64,000 nucleotides of DNA from Acidobacteriota bacterium (GCA_965217775.1 CBDCJH010000002.1:4800001-4864000); one strand, 5' to 3'; positions 51,216 through 63,029 are shown, counted from the first letter of the stretch. Program-made: numbers and translations. The notes: a model not told the origin generated them from the sequence alone.

Positions 51216-51869
51216 TTGGGTCAGAAAGTCCACCCGTACGGGTTCCGCTTGGGTTACATCAACACGTGGCGGTCTCGCTGGTATGCGGAAAAGAACTACG
51301 GGGAACTGCTGCATGAGGACCTTCGGATCAAGAAGAATCTGAAGCGGCAGTTCTACCATGCCGGGATCTCCTCCATCGAGATCGAGCGGATGGCGGCCAA
51401 CAAGCTCACGGTCATCGTGAAAACGGCTCGGCCCGGGATCATCATCGGTCGCAAAGGCAGCGAGATCGACAGGTTGAAGAGTGATCTCCAGACCGCCACC
51501 GGACGGGAGGTCTACATCAATATTCAGGAGGAACAGAAGCCCGAGACGGATGCCCAACTGGTGGCCGAGTCCATCTGCCAGCAGTTGTTGCGCCGGGTGG
51601 CCTTCCGCCGGGCCATGCGCCGCGCCGTAGAGACCGCGGTGCGTTTTGGAGCCCAGGGGATCAAGGTCCGGTGCGGAGGGCGGCTCAACGGTGCCGAGAT
51701 CGCCAGAGCCGAGTGGTATCTCCACGGCCGGCTGCCTCTCCATACCTTGCGCGCCCGGATCGACCACGGCTTCGCCGAAGCCTTCACCACCTATGGCGTC
51801 ATCGGAGTCAAGGTTTGGGTCTACAAGGGCGAGGTCTTCGGGACCGAGGGATCGGCCGGGTCCAATTGA
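51216..51869 (+). CDS. rpsC: 30S ribosomal protein S3
   Basis: [27 protein letters not shown]. Confidence 0.99.
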   Translation: MGQKVHPYGFRLGYINTWRSRWYAEKNYGELLHEDLRIKKNLKRQFYHAGISSIEIERMAANKLTVIVKTARPGIIIGRKGSEIDRLKSDLQTATGREVYINIQEEQKPETDAQLVAESICQQLLRRVAFRRAMRRAVETAVRFGAQGIKVRCGGRLNGAEIARAEWYLHGRLPLHTLRARIDHGFAEAFTTYGVIGVKVWVYKGEVFGTEGSAGSN

Positions 51870-51887
51870 ACGGGAGTCATTGAAGTC

Positions 51888-52304
51888 ATGTTGATGCCCA
51901 AGAAGATCAAGTACCGGAAACAGCAGAAGGGGAGAATGACGGGCAAGGCTCACCGCGGCAGCACCATGGCGTTCGGCGAATACGGTCTCAAGGCCATGCA
52001 GCCGGGTTGGATCACCGACCGGCAGATCGAGGCGGCCCGAATCGCAATGACCCGTTATGTCCGGCGGGGAGGCAAAATCTGGATTCGGATCTTTCCCGCC
52101 AAGCCGATTACCAAGAAACCGGCCGAGACCAGAATGGGCAAAGGGAAAGGGGCCCCCATGGGATGGGTAGCGGTGGTGCGGCCCGGTTCCATCCTCTATG
52201 AAATGGAGGGACTGCCCCACGACATGGCGAAGGAAGCCATGCGGTTGGCAGCCAACAAACTACCATTGCGGACTCGTTTCGTGACCCGGCTGGATTCGGC
52301 ATGA
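51888..52304 (+). CDS. rplP: 50S ribosomal protein L16
   Basis: [17 protein letters not shown]. Confidence 0.99.
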   Translation: MLMPKKIKYRKQQKGRMTGKAHRGSTMAFGEYGLKAMQPGWITDRQIEAARIAMTRYVRRGGKIWIRIFPAKPITKKPAETRMGKGKGAPMGWVAVVRPGSILYEMEGLPHDMAKEAMRLAANKLPLRTRFVTRLDSA

Positions 52305-52498
52305 ATGCATCCAAGCTGAGAGAGATGTCATTGGAGGACCTGGAATCGGAGGGCCAGGCGCTCTCTGAGCAGATCTTCCGGCTGCGGTTCCAAAAGGCCA
52401 CGGGACAACTGGAGAATCGCACCAAGATCCGGCAGATCCGAAGGGATCTGGCCCGGGTCAAGACGATTTTGACGGAGATACGGCAGCAACGGCAGTGA
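52301..52498 (+). CDS. rpmC: 50S ribosomal protein L29
   Basis: [23 protein letters not shown]. Confidence 0.97.
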   Translation: MNASKLREMSLEDLESEGQALSEQIFRLRFQKATGQLENRTKIRQIRRDLARVKTILTEIRQQRQ

Positions 52499-52558
52499 GT
52501 CGAGACGGGGCGGAGTTGCCCGGAACAATTCGCTCCCTGGTCTATCGAGGGAAAGAGT

Positions 52559-52837
52559 ATGGCGACTGAGTCGGTGGAAAGACGGGCGCGAAAAAGGAAT
52601 CGGAAGACCGGACGGGTGGTCTCCGCCTCCATGACCAAGGGAATCGTCGTGGCCGTCGACCGTCTGGTGGCTCATCCTCTCTACAAGAAGACCCTTCGGC
52701 GCACCAGCAAGCACATGGCCCACGACGAGGAGAACGCGTGCCGGCAGGGCGACAAGGTTCTGATCGAGGAGACTCGGCCTCTGAGCAAGCGGAAGCGCTG
52801 GACCCTGGTTCGGGTCGTGGAGAGAGCCAAGGGGTAG
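52559..52837 (+). CDS. rpsQ: 30S ribosomal protein S17
   Basis: [22 protein letters not shown]. Confidence 0.98.
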   Translation: MATESVERRARKRNRKTGRVVSASMTKGIVVAVDRLVAHPLYKKTLRRTSKHMAHDEENACRQGDKVLIEETRPLSKRKRWTLVRVVERAKG

Positions 52838-52844
52838 GTGGATC

Positions 52845-53213
52845 ATGATCCAGATGCAGACCGTCCTGAACGTTGCTGACAATTCGGGAGCCCGAAGAAT
52901 CTCCTGCATCTCACCCTTGGGTGGCGACGTGGGACGCGGCGCCAGTCTGGGAGAAGTCATCACGGCCTCGGTGAAGGAGGCCAGCCCCAACGGCGCTGTG
53001 AAGAAGGGCCAGGTGGTGAGGGCCGTCGTGGTCCGGATGCGCAAGGAGAACCGGCGCCCGGACGGCTCTTACATCCGCTTCGACGAGAACGCGGCCGTCG
53101 TGATCAACAACGCCCGGGAACCGGTCGGAACCCGCGTCTTCGGCCCCGTGGCGAGAGAGTTGAGGGAAAAACGATTCATGAGGATCGTTTCGCTGGCTCC
53201 TGAGGTCTTGTGA
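52845..53213 (+). CDS. rplN: 50S ribosomal protein L14
   Basis: [26 protein letters not shown]. Confidence 0.99.
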   Translation: MIQMQTVLNVADNSGARRISCISPLGGDVGRGASLGEVITASVKEASPNGAVKKGQVVRAVVVRMRKENRRPDGSYIRFDENAAVVINNAREPVGTRVFGPVARELREKRFMRIVSLAPEVL

Positions 53214-53232
53214 CCGGAGAAGGGTTTTTCGG

Positions 53233-53553
53233 ATGCTCCATGTGAAGGCGAATGACCAGGTTCTGGTGCTGGCGGGGAAAGACCGCGGCAAGACGGGCCG
53301 TGTTCTGCAGGTGATGGCCGATCGGAAACGCGCCGTGATCGAGAGGATCAACATGATCTACCGGCACACCAGGCAGAATCCGCAGCAGAACGTGCAAGGG
53401 GGAATCCTGGAAAAGGAGGCCCCCGTGGCGCTCTCGAATCTGCAGGTGATCTGCCGGGAGTGCAACCAGCCGACCCGCGTGGGTTTCACGCGGCTCTCCG
53501 ACGGGAAGAAGGTCCGAACCTGCAAGAAGTGCGGAGGCACCGTTGACAAGTAG
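53233..53553 (+). CDS. rplX: 50S ribosomal protein L24
   Basis: KOW motif AGKDRGKTG, EAPV..SN, TRVGF. Confidence 0.98.
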   Translation: MLHVKANDQVLVLAGKDRGKTGRVLQVMADRKRAVIERINMIYRHTRQNPQQNVQGGILEKEAPVALSNLQVICRECNQPTRVGFTRLSDGKKVRTCKKCGGTVDK

Positions 53554-53586
53554 CGTGCCGGCAGGGCGGCAACAAGGGTAGAAGCA

Positions 53587-54150
53587 GTGGCTCGGCTCAA
53601 AGAGAAAATCAAGGAAGAGGTGGTCCCGAAGCTGGTGGAGGAGTTCGGCTATGACAACGTCATGGCGATCCCCAGGCTGGTCAAGGTCGTAGTGAATCTG
53701 GGTTTGGGACAGGCGATCCAGAATATTCGGCTGTTGGACTCGGCGGCGTCCGACCTGACCGCCATCACCGGACAGAAGCCGGTGGTGACCCGCGCCAGGA
53801 AATCCATCGCCGGGTTCAAGCTGCGCCAAGGAATGCCGATCGGAGTGATGGTCACCTTGCGGGGAAACCGGATGCTCGAGTTCCTGGATCGGCTCATCAA
53901 TATCGGCCTGCCCCGAGTCCGCGATTTTCGAGGAGTCGCTCCCAATGCGTTCGACGGACACGGCAACTATACGCTCGGAATCCGGGAGCATTTGATATTT
54001 CCGGAGATCGATCTGGGCCGGACCGAGACGACGCACGGGATGAACGTCACCATTGTGACAACGGCCAGGTCGGATGAAGAGGCACGCGTCCTGCTGGCGG
54101 GGCTGGGCATTCCCTTCGGTCGGGAGGAGGACCGCCAGCTGATTTTTTGA
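53587..54150 (+). CDS. rplE: 50S ribosomal protein L5
   Basis: [22 protein letters not shown]. Confidence 0.99.
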   Translation: MARLKEKIKEEVVPKLVEEFGYDNVMAIPRLVKVVVNLGLGQAIQNIRLLDSAASDLTAITGQKPVVTRARKSIAGFKLRQGMPIGVMVTLRGNRMLEFLDRLINIGLPRVRDFRGVAPNAFDGHGNYTLGIREHLIFPEIDLGRTETTHGMNVTIVTTARSDEEARVLLAGLGIPFGREEDRQLIF

Positions 54151-54228
54151 CAAGCCCGGGGAGGTCTCGCAGGCGAGACTCTCGACCCTGGTTCGTTGCC
54201 GGCGCGCCGGCAGGGAAGGTGTAGGAGG

Positions 54229-54414
54229 ATGGCCCGAAAGGGATTGATTGCGAAACAGAACAGACCAGCCAAGTTCTCCACGCGGCGCTACAACAGATGT
54301 CGGCGCTGCGGGCGTCCTCGAGGTTTTCTACGCAAGTTCCAGCTCTGCAGGATCTGCTTCCGCCAACTGGCCCTGTTGGGAGAGATTCCCGGAGTGATCA
54401 AGGCCAGTTGGTGA
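54229..54414 (+). CDS. rpsZ: 30S ribosomal protein S14, zinc-binding type Z
   Basis: 61 aa, CRRCGR..LCRIC; AGGAGG RBS. Confidence 0.97.
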   Translation: MARKGLIAKQNRPAKFSTRRYNRCRRCGRPRGFLRKFQLCRICFRQLALLGEIPGVIKASW

Positions 54415-54469
54415 TGCCGTTCCGGCGGCGTCTGCCGATGGTTGCAGGCGGAGGCGAAAGAAGAGTCTC

Positions 54470-54868
54470 ATGTCAGTCACGTATCCCATAGCCGATCTTC
54501 TGACCCGGATCAGAAACGCCCTCCAGGCCGGGCACGATGCGGTCCGGATTCCCCATTCCAAGCTCAAGGCGGAAGTGGTGAAAATCCTTCATCAGGAAGG
54601 ATACATTTCCGGTTACACGAGCGACGGAGAGCCGCCGTTCGAGCGCCTGACGGTCCGCCTCAAGTACGGCCGTGACAAAACGTCCGTGATCCAGATCCTG
54701 CGCTGTGTCAGCACTCCGGGACGCCGCAGATACGTGGGCAGGAACGAGATCCCGCTGGTGCTGGAGGGTTTGGGCATCAACATTCTGTCCACGTCGCAGG
54801 GAATCGTGACCGGGAAGAAAGCCAGGGAGTTGGGTATCGGCGGAGAGTTGCTTTGTGAGGTGTACTGA
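54470..54868 (+). CDS. rpsH: 30S ribosomal protein S8
   Basis: [23 protein letters not shown]. Confidence 0.98.
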   Translation: MSVTYPIADLLTRIRNALQAGHDAVRIPHSKLKAEVVKILHQEGYISGYTSDGEPPFERLTVRLKYGRDKTSVIQILRCVSTPGRRRYVGRNEIPLVLEGLGINILSTSQGIVTGKKARELGIGGELLCEVY

Positions 54869-54919
54869 GAAGGCGGGGCCGGCCGCGTACGGGCCGGTTT
54901 ACGTCCGGAGTAAGACGTC

Positions 54920-55480
54920 ATGTCGCGCGTAGGGAAAATGCCCATCCCCATTCCCAGCGGGGTGAAGGTTTCGGTGCTGGGGGGTCAGGTTCGCGTTCAG
55001 GGGCCGCGGGGCTCCATGTCCACCGCGGTGCCGCGAGGAATCACCGCCGCCGTCGAGAACGGCGAGCTTCGGGTCCGGAGGGGAGGAGACGACAAGACCT
55101 CCCGTTCGCTCCACGGATTGGCCCGTTCGCTGTTGGCGAATTCGGTGACGGGCGTCACCCAAGGCTTCCGCAAGGAGCTGGACATCGTCGGCATCGGCTT
55201 TCGTGCGGAGTTGCGGGGCAAGGTCCTGACCCTGTCGCTGGGCTTTTCTCATACCATCGATTTCCCCGTCCCGGAAGGCATCAACATCCGTGTCGAGCGC
55301 GCCGGCCGCCAGATTCAGAACTACGTTACGACGATTCTGATCGAAGGGGTCGACAAGTACCGTGTCGGACAGGTTGCCGCCAATATCCGGGCCTTGAAGC
55401 GGCCGGATGCCTACAAGGGGAAGGGGATTCGGTACAAGAACGAACAGATTCACCTGAAGGTGGGCAAGAAGGGAGCCTGA
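54920..55480 (+). CDS. rplF: 50S ribosomal protein L6
   Basis: [20 protein letters not shown]. Confidence 0.99.
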   Translation: MSRVGKMPIPIPSGVKVSVLGGQVRVQGPRGSMSTAVPRGITAAVENGELRVRRGGDDKTSRSLHGLARSLLANSVTGVTQGFRKELDIVGIGFRAELRGKVLTLSLGFSHTIDFPVPEGINIRVERAGRQIQNYVTTILIEGVDKYRVGQVAANIRALKRPDAYKGKGIRYKNEQIHLKVGKKGA

Positions 55481-55485
55481 GGGGA

Positions 55486-55851
55486 ATGGCGAAGAAGGCG
55501 AGTCGGACCTATCGAAGGACCAGGATCCACCGACGGATCCGGAAGCTGCTGTCGGGAACGGCCGAGCGTCCCCGTCTTTGTGTCTTTCGCAGCCTGAAAC
55601 ACACGTATGTCCAGATTATCGACGACCAACATGGGCGAAGCCTGGCGACTGCTTCGACCTTGAAGGTGAACGGCGAGAAACTGGCCAACGGAGGCAATAT
55701 CGAAGCCGCTCGCCGGGTCGGGACCAGCATAGCCCAACAAGCTCTCGCCTCCGGGATTCGCGAAGTGGTCTTCGACCGCGGCGGGTACAAGTATTTTGGC
55801 CGGGTCAAGGCTCTGGCGGACGCCGCCCGGGAGGTGGGGCTCAAGTTCTAG
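55486..55851 (+). CDS. rplR: 50S ribosomal protein L18
   Basis: [20 protein letters not shown]. Confidence 0.98.
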   Translation: MAKKASRTYRRTRIHRRIRKLLSGTAERPRLCVFRSLKHTYVQIIDDQHGRSLATASTLKVNGEKLANGGNIEAARRVGTSIAQQALASGIREVVFDRGGYKYFGRVKALADAAREVGLKF

Positions 55852-55864
55852 ACACGGAGTGCTC

Positions 55865-56356
55865 ATGGCGCAAAAGGACTACAACGAAGAACTGAAGGAT
55901 CAGGTCATCTCCATCAATCGGGTCACCAAGGTGGTGAAGGGAGGAAAGAATCTCAGTTTCAGCGCTCTGGTGGTCGTTGGCGACCAGAATGGAAAGGTCG
56001 GTTGGGGCATGGGCAAAGCGCGCGAGGTCCCGTCGGCCATCCGGAAAGGATTGGAGAAGGCCAAGAAATCCATGATCGGTGTTCCGCTGAAGGGGTCGAC
56101 GATCCACCATGGCATCAAGGGGCGTTTCGGCGCGGGATTGGTCATTCTCAAGCCGGCCCCCGAAGGGACCGGCATCATTGCCGGTGGTCCGGTTCGAGCG
56201 GTGATGGAATCGGTCGGGATCCGAGACGTGGTGACGAAGAGCGTGGGAACCACCAATCCTCACAACGTAGTCAAGGCGACCTTCAATGGGTTGTCCCAGT
56301 TGCGCAGTCCCGAAGCCGTAGCCCTGAGCCGAGGTATTCCGGTGGAGGACCTCTAG
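55865..56356 (+). CDS. rpsE: 30S ribosomal protein S5
   Basis: [18 protein letters not shown]. Confidence 0.99.
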   Translation: MAQKDYNEELKDQVISINRVTKVVKGGKNLSFSALVVVGDQNGKVGWGMGKAREVPSAIRKGLEKAKKSMIGVPLKGSTIHHGIKGRFGAGLVILKPAPEGTGIIAGGPVRAVMESVGIRDVVTKSVGTTNPHNVVKATFNGLSQLRSPEAVALSRGIPVEDL

Positions 56357-56578
56357 GTGACTGAAGAGCGGGAGCCGAAGGGCCGCCGGACGGGGACCAT
56401 CCGAATCCGCTACGTTCGCAGCGCCATCGGGCGATCGAAGCGTCAGAAACTGGTGGTTCGGGGATTGGGGCTGAGGAAGTTGAATCAGGTGGTGGAAAGG
56501 CCGGATACCCGGGAGATCCGGGGCATGGTGGCCAAGATTCCCCATCTGGTGCAGATCGTCGAGGGAAACGAGCGATGA
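56357..56578 (+). CDS. rpmD: 50S ribosomal protein L30
   Basis: RSAIG, LGLRK, IRGM..KIPHLV. Confidence 0.96.
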   Translation: MTEEREPKGRRTGTIRIRYVRSAIGRSKRQKLVVRGLGLRKLNQVVERPDTREIRGMVAKIPHLVQIVEGNER

Positions 56579-57024
56579 GTCATGCTCTCCACACGTTGAA
56601 GCCGGCTCCAGGCACGCGTCACACCCGCAAGCGGGTCGGCCGGGGACCCGGCTCCGGAACCGGCAAGACCGCCGGTCGGGGCGTCAAGGGTCAGAAATCC
56701 CGATCCGGATACTCGTCCCGAGCCGGCTTTGAAGGCGGCCAGATGCCCCTTTATCGAAGGCTTCCCAAGCGGGGTTTCAAGAACCCCTTCCGCAAACAGT
56801 TCGCGGTGATCAACGTTCGGGACCTGAATCGTTTCGAGGACGGAACCACCGTCGGCCCCGAGTTGCTCATGAAGCGGGGAATGGTCAAGAAGTTGGGTGA
56901 CGGCCTGCGGATCCTGGGCGATGGAGAGCTTGAGCGCAAGTTGATGGTTCGGGCTCACCATCTCAGCCGGCAGGCCCGAGAGAAGATCGAACAGGCAGGC
57001 GGCAGTGTCGAGGTCTTGAGCTGA
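56575..57024 (+). CDS. rplO: 50S ribosomal protein L15
   Basis: [27 protein letters not shown]. Confidence 0.99.
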   Translation: MSHALHTLKPAPGTRHTRKRVGRGPGSGTGKTAGRGVKGQKSRSGYSSRAGFEGGQMPLYRRLPKRGFKNPFRKQFAVINVRDLNRFEDGTTVGPELLMKRGMVKKLGDGLRILGDGELERKLMVRAHHLSRQAREKIEQAGGSVEVLS

Positions 57025-58430
57025 TGGCCGATTTCAGTCCGGTTCTGGGCAGTTTCCGGAACATTTTCCATATTCCCGATCTGCGGAAGCGGGTCCTCTT
57101 CATGCTGGGGCTCCTGGCCGCGTACCGGGTGGGGAGCTGGATCCCGACTCCGGGAGTGGACAGCGGCGCCCTGGAACTGGTCTTCAACCAGCAGGCCGGG
57201 ACCGTCTTGGGCTTCCTGGACATGTTCTCGGGGGGCAACCTGAGCCGGTTCTCCATCTTTGCCTTGGGAATCACTCCCTACATCACCGCGTCCATCATCC
57301 TGCAGTTGCTGACGGTGGTCTGGCCCTTCCTGGAGCGGCTCTCCAAGGAAGGTGAGCTGGGCCGGAAAAAGATCAATCAATACACCCGATACCTGACCGT
57401 GGGCCTCTGCCTGTTTCAGAGCTTGGCCTCCGCCTCGGTCCTGGAGCGGATGGAGGCGGTCCCGGCGGTGGTGCCGTACCCGGGTTGGGGCTTTCGACTC
57501 ATGACGATGCTCACCCTCACCAGCGGGACGACGCTGGTGATGTGGCTCGGCGAGCAGATCTCCGAGCGCGGCATCGGCAACGGGATCTCCCTGATCATCT
57601 TCGCCGGCATCGTGGTCGGCCTGCCGTCCGCGGGCTATTCCCTGTATCAGGACTGGATGCTGGGAACCCGGTCCATAGTCACGATCATCCTCCTCCTGGG
57701 GATGATGGTCCTGGTGGTGATCGGAATCGTGATCGTGGAACGAGGACAGCGCCGGATTCCCATCCAATACGCCAAGCGGGTGGTGGGCCGGAGGATGTAC
57801 GGCGGGCAAGCCACACACCTGCCCCTGCGGGTGAACTCGGGCGGAGTCATCCCGGTGATCTTCGCCGCCTCCATTCTCGCCTTTCCCTCCACCATGGGCC
57901 TGGTCTTCGAGGCCGGGTGGGTCCAGAGCCTTTCCCAGCAACTGCAGCAAGGCTACCCGCTCTACAACCTCATCTACATCGCCGGGATCATGTTCTTCTG
58001 CTTCTTCTACGTGAGCATCATCTTCAACCCGGACGAGGTCGCCGACAATATCCGAAAATACGGCGGCTATATTCCGGGGATTCGGCCCGGCCGGCGAACC
58101 GCACAGTACATCGATCAGACCTTGAGCCGTTTGACGGCCGCCGGCGCCGTCTATCTGGTCCTGGTCTGTTTGCTTCCCGAATTTCTGATGACCGGATTCA
58201 AGGTCCAGCCGATACCCTGGGTGGGCCCGGTTCTGGACAATTTCCTGATCGCCAACAATCTGGATTTCTTCACCAACGGCCTGGGGGTGACCTTCTATTT
58301 CGGAGGGACGTCCCTCCTCATCGTGGTGGGCGTGGGAATGGACACGGTCAAGCAGATCGAGTCACAACTGATCATGAGGCACTACGAAGGCTTCCTCAAA
58401 AAGGGCCGGATCCGGGGAAGAAGGGGTTGA
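57024..58430 (+). CDS. secY: preprotein translocase subunit SecY
   Basis: SIFALGI.PYITASII, WLGEQI, GIGNGISL, IPGIRPG, FGGTSLLI. Confidence 0.99.
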   Translation: MADFSPVLGSFRNIFHIPDLRKRVLFMLGLLAAYRVGSWIPTPGVDSGALELVFNQQAGTVLGFLDMFSGGNLSRFSIFALGITPYITASIILQLLTVVWPFLERLSKEGELGRKKINQYTRYLTVGLCLFQSLASASVLERMEAVPAVVPYPGWGFRLMTMLTLTSGTTLVMWLGEQISERGIGNGISLIIFAGIVVGLPSAGYSLYQDWMLGTRSIVTIILLLGMMVLVVIGIVIVERGQRRIPIQYAKRVVGRRMYGGQATHLPLRVNSGGVIPVIFAASILAFPSTMGLVFEAGWVQSLSQQLQQGYPLYNLIYIAGIMFFCFFYVSIIFNPDEVADNIRKYGGYIPGIRPGRRTAQYIDQTLSRLTAAGAVYLVLVCLLPEFLMTGFKVQPIPWVGPVLDNFLIANNLDFFTNGLGVTFYFGGTSLLIVVGVGMDTVKQIESQLIMRHYEGFLKKGRIRGRRG

Positions 58431-58592
58431 ACAGCCCATGGCAAAAGTCATCACGGCATTCGACCGGGTCTGCATCCCGGCGGACTGCGTTGCGCCTCGG
58501 TCACATAGGGTCGAATATGCTCCCTCACCGCGCCTTGTCCGGCGGGCGCAGCCCCGGTCTCGGTGCTACGCGGGACTTTCACCATGGGCTGT
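58431..58592. mobile_element. MITE-like element family C, copy 2
   Basis: ACAGCCCATGGCAAAAGTC / GACTTTCACCATGGGCTGT ends; collinear with 7731-7890. Confidence 0.85.
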
Positions 58593-58619
58593 AAAGTTCA
58601 ATCTGGAGATCCAATCCTG

Positions 58620-59279
58620 ATGCCCGAGAAATTGGTGACTATTCTGCTCGGCCCGCCCGGAGCCGGGAAAGGGACACAGGCCAAGCGCCTCGCGGGGCGG
58701 TTCGGCTACCTGCATGTCTCCACCGGGGAAATCCTGCGAGAGGAAGTGCGGGCCGGGACCGATCTGGGCAATCGCGTCGAAGTCATCATGAACGCGGGAG
58801 AGTTGGTCCCGGATGAGTTGGTGGCGCAGATCGTGGGAAGGAAGCTGGCGCGAGACACGGGTAAAGGAACTCTGTTGGATGGATTTCCGCGCAACCTCGC
58901 TCAGGCCACCTACCTGAGTCGAATCAGCAACGGTCTTCCGCCATTGGTGATCAATTTGAAACTGAAGGACGCGGAGGTTGTCAGACGCCTCAACGGGCGC
59001 CGTCAGTGTGCCGGCTGTGGTAATATCTACAACCTTCATTATTCCGAGCCCCGGAAGGAGGGCGTCTGTGATTCGTGCGGCGGGGAATTGGTGCTCCGTC
59101 CCGACGACCGCGAATCTGTGATTCGGGAGAGACTGCGAGTCTACTGGGACCAGACTCAGCCTCTGGTCGATTACTACAAGACAAAGGGCCGCTACGGAGA
59201 GGTGGAGGCTTCCGGAGGAATCCGGGAGGTCTTCGACTCCGTCGTTCAGACCATGTCACAAAGTGACGTTCGGTCTTGA
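58620..59279 (+). CDS. adk: adenylate kinase (Zn-lid type)
   Basis: GPPGAGKGTQ, LDGFPR, CxxC..CxxC lid, R.DD. Confidence 0.98.
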   Translation: MPEKLVTILLGPPGAGKGTQAKRLAGRFGYLHVSTGEILREEVRAGTDLGNRVEVIMNAGELVPDELVAQIVGRKLARDTGKGTLLDGFPRNLAQATYLSRISNGLPPLVINLKLKDAEVVRRLNGRRQCAGCGNIYNLHYSEPRKEGVCDSCGGELVLRPDDRESVIRERLRVYWDQTQPLVDYYKTKGRYGEVEASGGIREVFDSVVQTMSQSDVRS

Positions 59280-59310
59280 GGTTCCGTATCGCATCAGGGA
59301 TTTGACTGGG

Positions 59311-60117
59311 ATGATCGTCTGCAAAGGCACGACAGAACTGGAGAGGATGCGCGAGGCCAACCGCCTGGTGTCCAAAACGCTGGATCAGCTGGGGACCATG
59401 GTCCGGCCGGGAGTGACCACGCAGCAACTCGACGCCGCTGCCGAGGACCTGATTCTCCGGAGCGGGGCCAAACCTGCCTTCAAGGGCTACCGGGGATTCC
59501 CCGCCAGCGTCTGCGCCTCCGTCAACAATCAGATCGTACACGGGATTCCCAATGACCAGCCTCTCAGGGAGGGAGAGATCCTGTCCCTGGACGTGGGGGT
59601 CTACTACAAGGGATTCTACGGTGATTCCGCATGGACCTTCTGTGTGGGAGAGATTTCTCCCGAACTGAGGAAGCTGTTGGACGTGACTCGCGAGTCCCTC
59701 TACCAAGGAATCGAGCAGGTGGTGGTGGGAAACCGCATCTCCGACATCTCCCACGGCATACAGAAGTATGTGGAAGCCTACGGGTTTTCGGTGGTGCGAG
59801 AATTCGTGGGCCATGGGATCGGCCGGTTCCTGCACGAGGAACCGCAAGTCCCCAACTATGGTGAGCCTGGAAAGGGCCCCCGGTTGAAGCCGGGCATGGT
59901 CTTGGCCATCGAGCCCATGGTCAACAGCCGGGGACCCGGCGTCAAAGTGTTGGAAGACCGGTGGACGGCGGTGACGGCGGACGGGGGTTACAGCGCCCAT
60001 TTCGAGCATTCAGTCGCCGTGACCGAAACCGGCCCCTGGATCCTCAGCAACTCCAGCGGCAGGACCCGCCACCGGACATCCGGTCCGGATTCGGCGATTG
60101 CAGGGGGTGAAGAATGA
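59311..60117 (+). CDS. map: methionine aminopeptidase type I
   Basis: CASVN..VHGIP, GDSA, GHGIG, AIEPM, SAHFEH. Confidence 0.98.
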   Translation: MIVCKGTTELERMREANRLVSKTLDQLGTMVRPGVTTQQLDAAAEDLILRSGAKPAFKGYRGFPASVCASVNNQIVHGIPNDQPLREGEILSLDVGVYYKGFYGDSAWTFCVGEISPELRKLLDVTRESLYQGIEQVVVGNRISDISHGIQKYVEAYGFSVVREFVGHGIGRFLHEEPQVPNYGEPGKGPRLKPGMVLAIEPMVNSRGPGVKVLEDRWTAVTADGGYSAHFEHSVAVTETGPWILSNSSGRTRHRTSGPDSAIAGGEE

Positions 60118-60227
60118 AGGTTCGAGCTTCGGTCAAGCGAATCTGCAGGCAATGCAGGATCGTCCGCCGCAAGGGTGTGGTCCGAGTCATCTGCAGCAAC
60201 CCGAAACACAAGCAGCGTCAGGGGTAA
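60114..60227 (+). CDS. rpmJ: 50S ribosomal protein L36 (below the ORF-track size cutoff)
   Basis: [37 protein letters not shown]. Confidence 0.98.
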   Translation: MKVRASVKRICRQCRIVRRKGVVRVICSNPKHKQRQG

Positions 60228-60260
60228 TCGTCACCGGAGACGCCGGAGAGAATCAGCGCA

Positions 60261-60635
60261 ATGCGACTAATTGGAGTAAACATACCGGACCGGAAACGGG
60301 TTCTGATCTCTCTGACCTACATCTACGGGATCGGAAGGGCTCGGTCCCAGAAGATCCTGGATGCAGCGAGAGTGGATGTGAACAAACAGACCGGGGACCT
60401 CACCGAAGAGGAGGCCACCAAGCTCCGGCGCGTCATCGAAGACCAGGGGCGGATCGAAGGTGATCTGCGTAAGGAACTCCAGATCAACATCAAGCGTCTC
60501 ATGGATATCGGCTGCTATCGGGGACTTCGGCATCGCCGCGGACTCCCCACCCGAGGCCAGAGAACCCATACCAATGCCAGGACCCGCAAGGGCCCGCGAA
60601 AGATTCGCATCATGCGGAGAAAGAGGGGGCGTTAG
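60261..60635 (+). CDS. rpsM: 30S ribosomal protein S13
   Basis: [32 protein letters not shown]. Confidence 0.99.
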   Translation: MRLIGVNIPDRKRVLISLTYIYGIGRARSQKILDAARVDVNKQTGDLTEEEATKLRRVIEDQGRIEGDLRKELQINIKRLMDIGCYRGLRHRRGLPTRGQRTHTNARTRKGPRKIRIMRRKRGR

Positions 60636-60786
60636 CGGCTCGGCGGGCGGCGAGCACCGGGGTAAGGCGGCGATCTGCGCGGCACGCTCTCGGAGGCCGC
60701 GTCTGCGCACGGGAGTCGCAAGCATTTCGAAAAGGAGTCGGCGAAGGGCGTTCTCGACCCAGGGGACCGATTAGAGGAGCAGTCAA

Positions 60787-61194
60787 ATGGCCAAGGGCAG
60801 AAAGACGAAAAGAAGGAAGGGATCCAAGAAGAAGGATCGGAGAGCGATTCTCCATGGCATCGTCCACGTGAAGGCGACGTTCAACAATACGATCATCACC
60901 ATCACCGACCAGGCCGGGAATGTTCTATCGACCGCCACTGCCGGAATGCAGGGCTTCAGGGGGAGCCGCAAGAGCACTCCCTTCGCAGCCTCTCAGGCCG
61001 GGCATACGGCGGCCAATCGGGCCCGTGACCTGTACGGGATTCGCACCTGCGAGGTCTGGGTCAAGGGACCCGGCGGCGGCCGCGAGGCGGCCGTGCGCGC
61101 CATTCAGTCGTCTGGAATCGATATCAAATCAATCCGGGACGTGACGCCTATTCCCCACAACGGTTGTCGTCCGCCCAAGCGGCGCCGGGTTTAG
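60787..61194 (+). CDS. rpsK: 30S ribosomal protein S11
   Basis: [28 protein letters not shown]. Confidence 0.99.
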   Translation: MAKGRKTKRRKGSKKKDRRAILHGIVHVKATFNNTIITITDQAGNVLSTATAGMQGFRGSRKSTPFAASQAGHTAANRARDLYGIRTCEVWVKGPGGGREAAVRAIQSSGIDIKSIRDVTPIPHNGCRPPKRRRV

Positions 61195-61245
61195 ACCGGG
61201 AGTACTGCATGTCATCGGCTGGTCAGTTCGGGAAGGAGAAAGAGC

Positions 61246-61881
61246 TTGGCACGCTATAACGGTCCTGTCTGCCGTCTCTGCAGACGCGAGGGGATGAAGC
61301 TGTTCCTCAAGGGGAATCGCTGCTTTTCGGAGAAGTGCGCCATCGAGAAACGGAACATCGTTCCGGGCGAGCATGGGCGCGACAGGCGGGGCCGGCTCAG
61401 GATCATGGGTTACGGCCAGCAACTCCGTGAGAAACAGAAGGTCAAGCGAGTCTACGGCGTCCTGGAGCGCCAGTTCCGCAGCTATTTCGCCAAAGCCGCC
61501 AAAAAGAGGGGCGTCACCGGCGAACTCCTGTTGCAGTTTCTGGAACGGAGACTCGACAGCGTCGTCTATCGGCTCGGTTTCGCCACCTCCAGGAGCCAGG
61601 CTCGGCAGTTGGTCCGCCACGGTCATATCCGTGTGAACGGACGACGGGTCGACATCCCTTCCTTCCTGGTCAAGGCGGGGGATGAAGTCTCGTTGCATCA
61701 GAAGATCTGGAACAATCTGCTGGTTCGCGCCGCCTTGGATGCCGCCGCCGGCCGTGGGGTTCCTGCTTGGCTGAGTCTGGAAACAAATCAATTCAAGGGC
61801 CAGGTGTTGGAGTTGCCGACCCGGGAGCATATCTCGTTGGCTATCGAGGAGTCCCTGGTGGTGGAACTCTATTCCAAATAG
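61246..61881 (+). CDS. rpsD: 30S ribosomal protein S4
   Basis: [29 protein letters not shown]. Confidence 0.99.
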   Translation: MARYNGPVCRLCRREGMKLFLKGNRCFSEKCAIEKRNIVPGEHGRDRRGRLRIMGYGQQLREKQKVKRVYGVLERQFRSYFAKAAKKRGVTGELLLQFLERRLDSVVYRLGFATSRSQARQLVRHGHIRVNGRRVDIPSFLVKAGDEVSLHQKIWNNLLVRAALDAAAGRGVPAWLSLETNQFKGQVLELPTREHISLAIEESLVVELYSK

Positions 61882-62040
61882 CCGCCGGCTGAGCGCGGGC
61901 TCGCCGTGCAGGTCCCCCGTGATTTCATCGGGGGTCTGTCGGCACACTGCGGGGATGAGCCATGCCCCCACCAGGGCCGTTGATGCGGGCCGGAGCTTCA
62001 TTGAGGCGGCTGTTCAAAGAATCGTCGGAGACATAGACCC

Positions 62041-63024
62041 ATGGGAGAGTTTCAAAAACCAACCAAGCTCTTTTATGACCCGGACACCTTGACCCCGACT
62101 TCAGGCGACTTCCATGCTCAGCCTTTCGAGCGCGGTTTCGCCACGACGATCGGGCATTCACTGCGAAGGGTCCTGCTTTCCGCCATCGAGGGAGCGGCCC
62201 TCACGGCGGTCAAGATCGAGGGAGTCCTGCACGAGTTCTCGTCGATCCCGGGCGTCCGGGAAGACGTGACCGACATCATCATGAACCTGAGGCAGATCCC
62301 CTTGATTCTGCACTCCAGTGAGGCCAAGACCCTGTACTTCGAGGCCTCCGGAGAAGGGGAGATCAAGTCCGGAGACTTCAAGCCGGACCCGGATGTGGAG
62401 GTGTTGGACACGAACGTCCACATCGCCAGTCTGAACCAGGAAGCCAGGATCACCATGGAGGTGCGCGTCAAGAACGGCCGGGGCTATGTGCCGGCCAACG
62501 AGAACCACGACGAGGACCTGAGTCTGGGTTACATCGCCATGGACTCGGTCCATTCGCCGGTTCGGAGGGCCAACTTTCATGTGGAGGCCGCCCGCCTGGG
62601 ACAGTCGACCGAATACGAGCGTCTCAACCTGGAGGTGGTGACCAACGGCAGTGTCGCTCCGCAGGATGCCGTGGCCCAAGCGGCACAGATCCTCAAGGAC
62701 CACCTGCTCATGTTCATCAACTTCGAAGAGGACTCGGAAGAGGACGTGGTCGAGGAAGACGAGGACCAGGCCGTCAACGAGAACCTGATCAAACCGGTCG
62801 AGGAGTTGGAATTGTCGGTTCGGGCCTACAACTGCCTCAAGAACGCCGGTGTAGAAACCATCGGCGAGCTGGTGGTCAAGAGCGAAACCGAAATGCTCAA
62901 GACCAAGAACTTCGGACGGAAGTCCTTGAGCGAGATCAAGGAGCTGCTGGCCGAGATGGGCCTGGCGTTCGGCATGAATATCGACAGCAAGGGCCGGCTG
63001 GCCCGCGAGACCACGGAGGTCTGA
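62041..63024 (+). CDS. rpoA: RNA polymerase subunit alpha
   Basis: [39 protein letters not shown]. Confidence 0.99.
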   Translation: MGEFQKPTKLFYDPDTLTPTSGDFHAQPFERGFATTIGHSLRRVLLSAIEGAALTAVKIEGVLHEFSSIPGVREDVTDIIMNLRQIPLILHSSEAKTLYFEASGEGEIKSGDFKPDPDVEVLDTNVHIASLNQEARITMEVRVKNGRGYVPANENHDEDLSLGYIAMDSVHSPVRRANFHVEAARLGQSTEYERLNLEVVTNGSVAPQDAVAQAAQILKDHLLMFINFEEDSEEDVVEEDEDQAVNENLIKPVEELELSVRAYNCLKNAGVETIGELVVKSETEMLKTKNFGRKSLSEIKELLAEMGLAFGMNIDSKGRLARETTEV

Positions 63025-63029
63025 CGGTC

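Noticed and set aside
60636-60786. 150-bp rpsM-rpsK spacer as an ncRNA or small gene
   Set aside because: No convincing helices beyond GC-rich chance pairing and no credible ORF/RBS.
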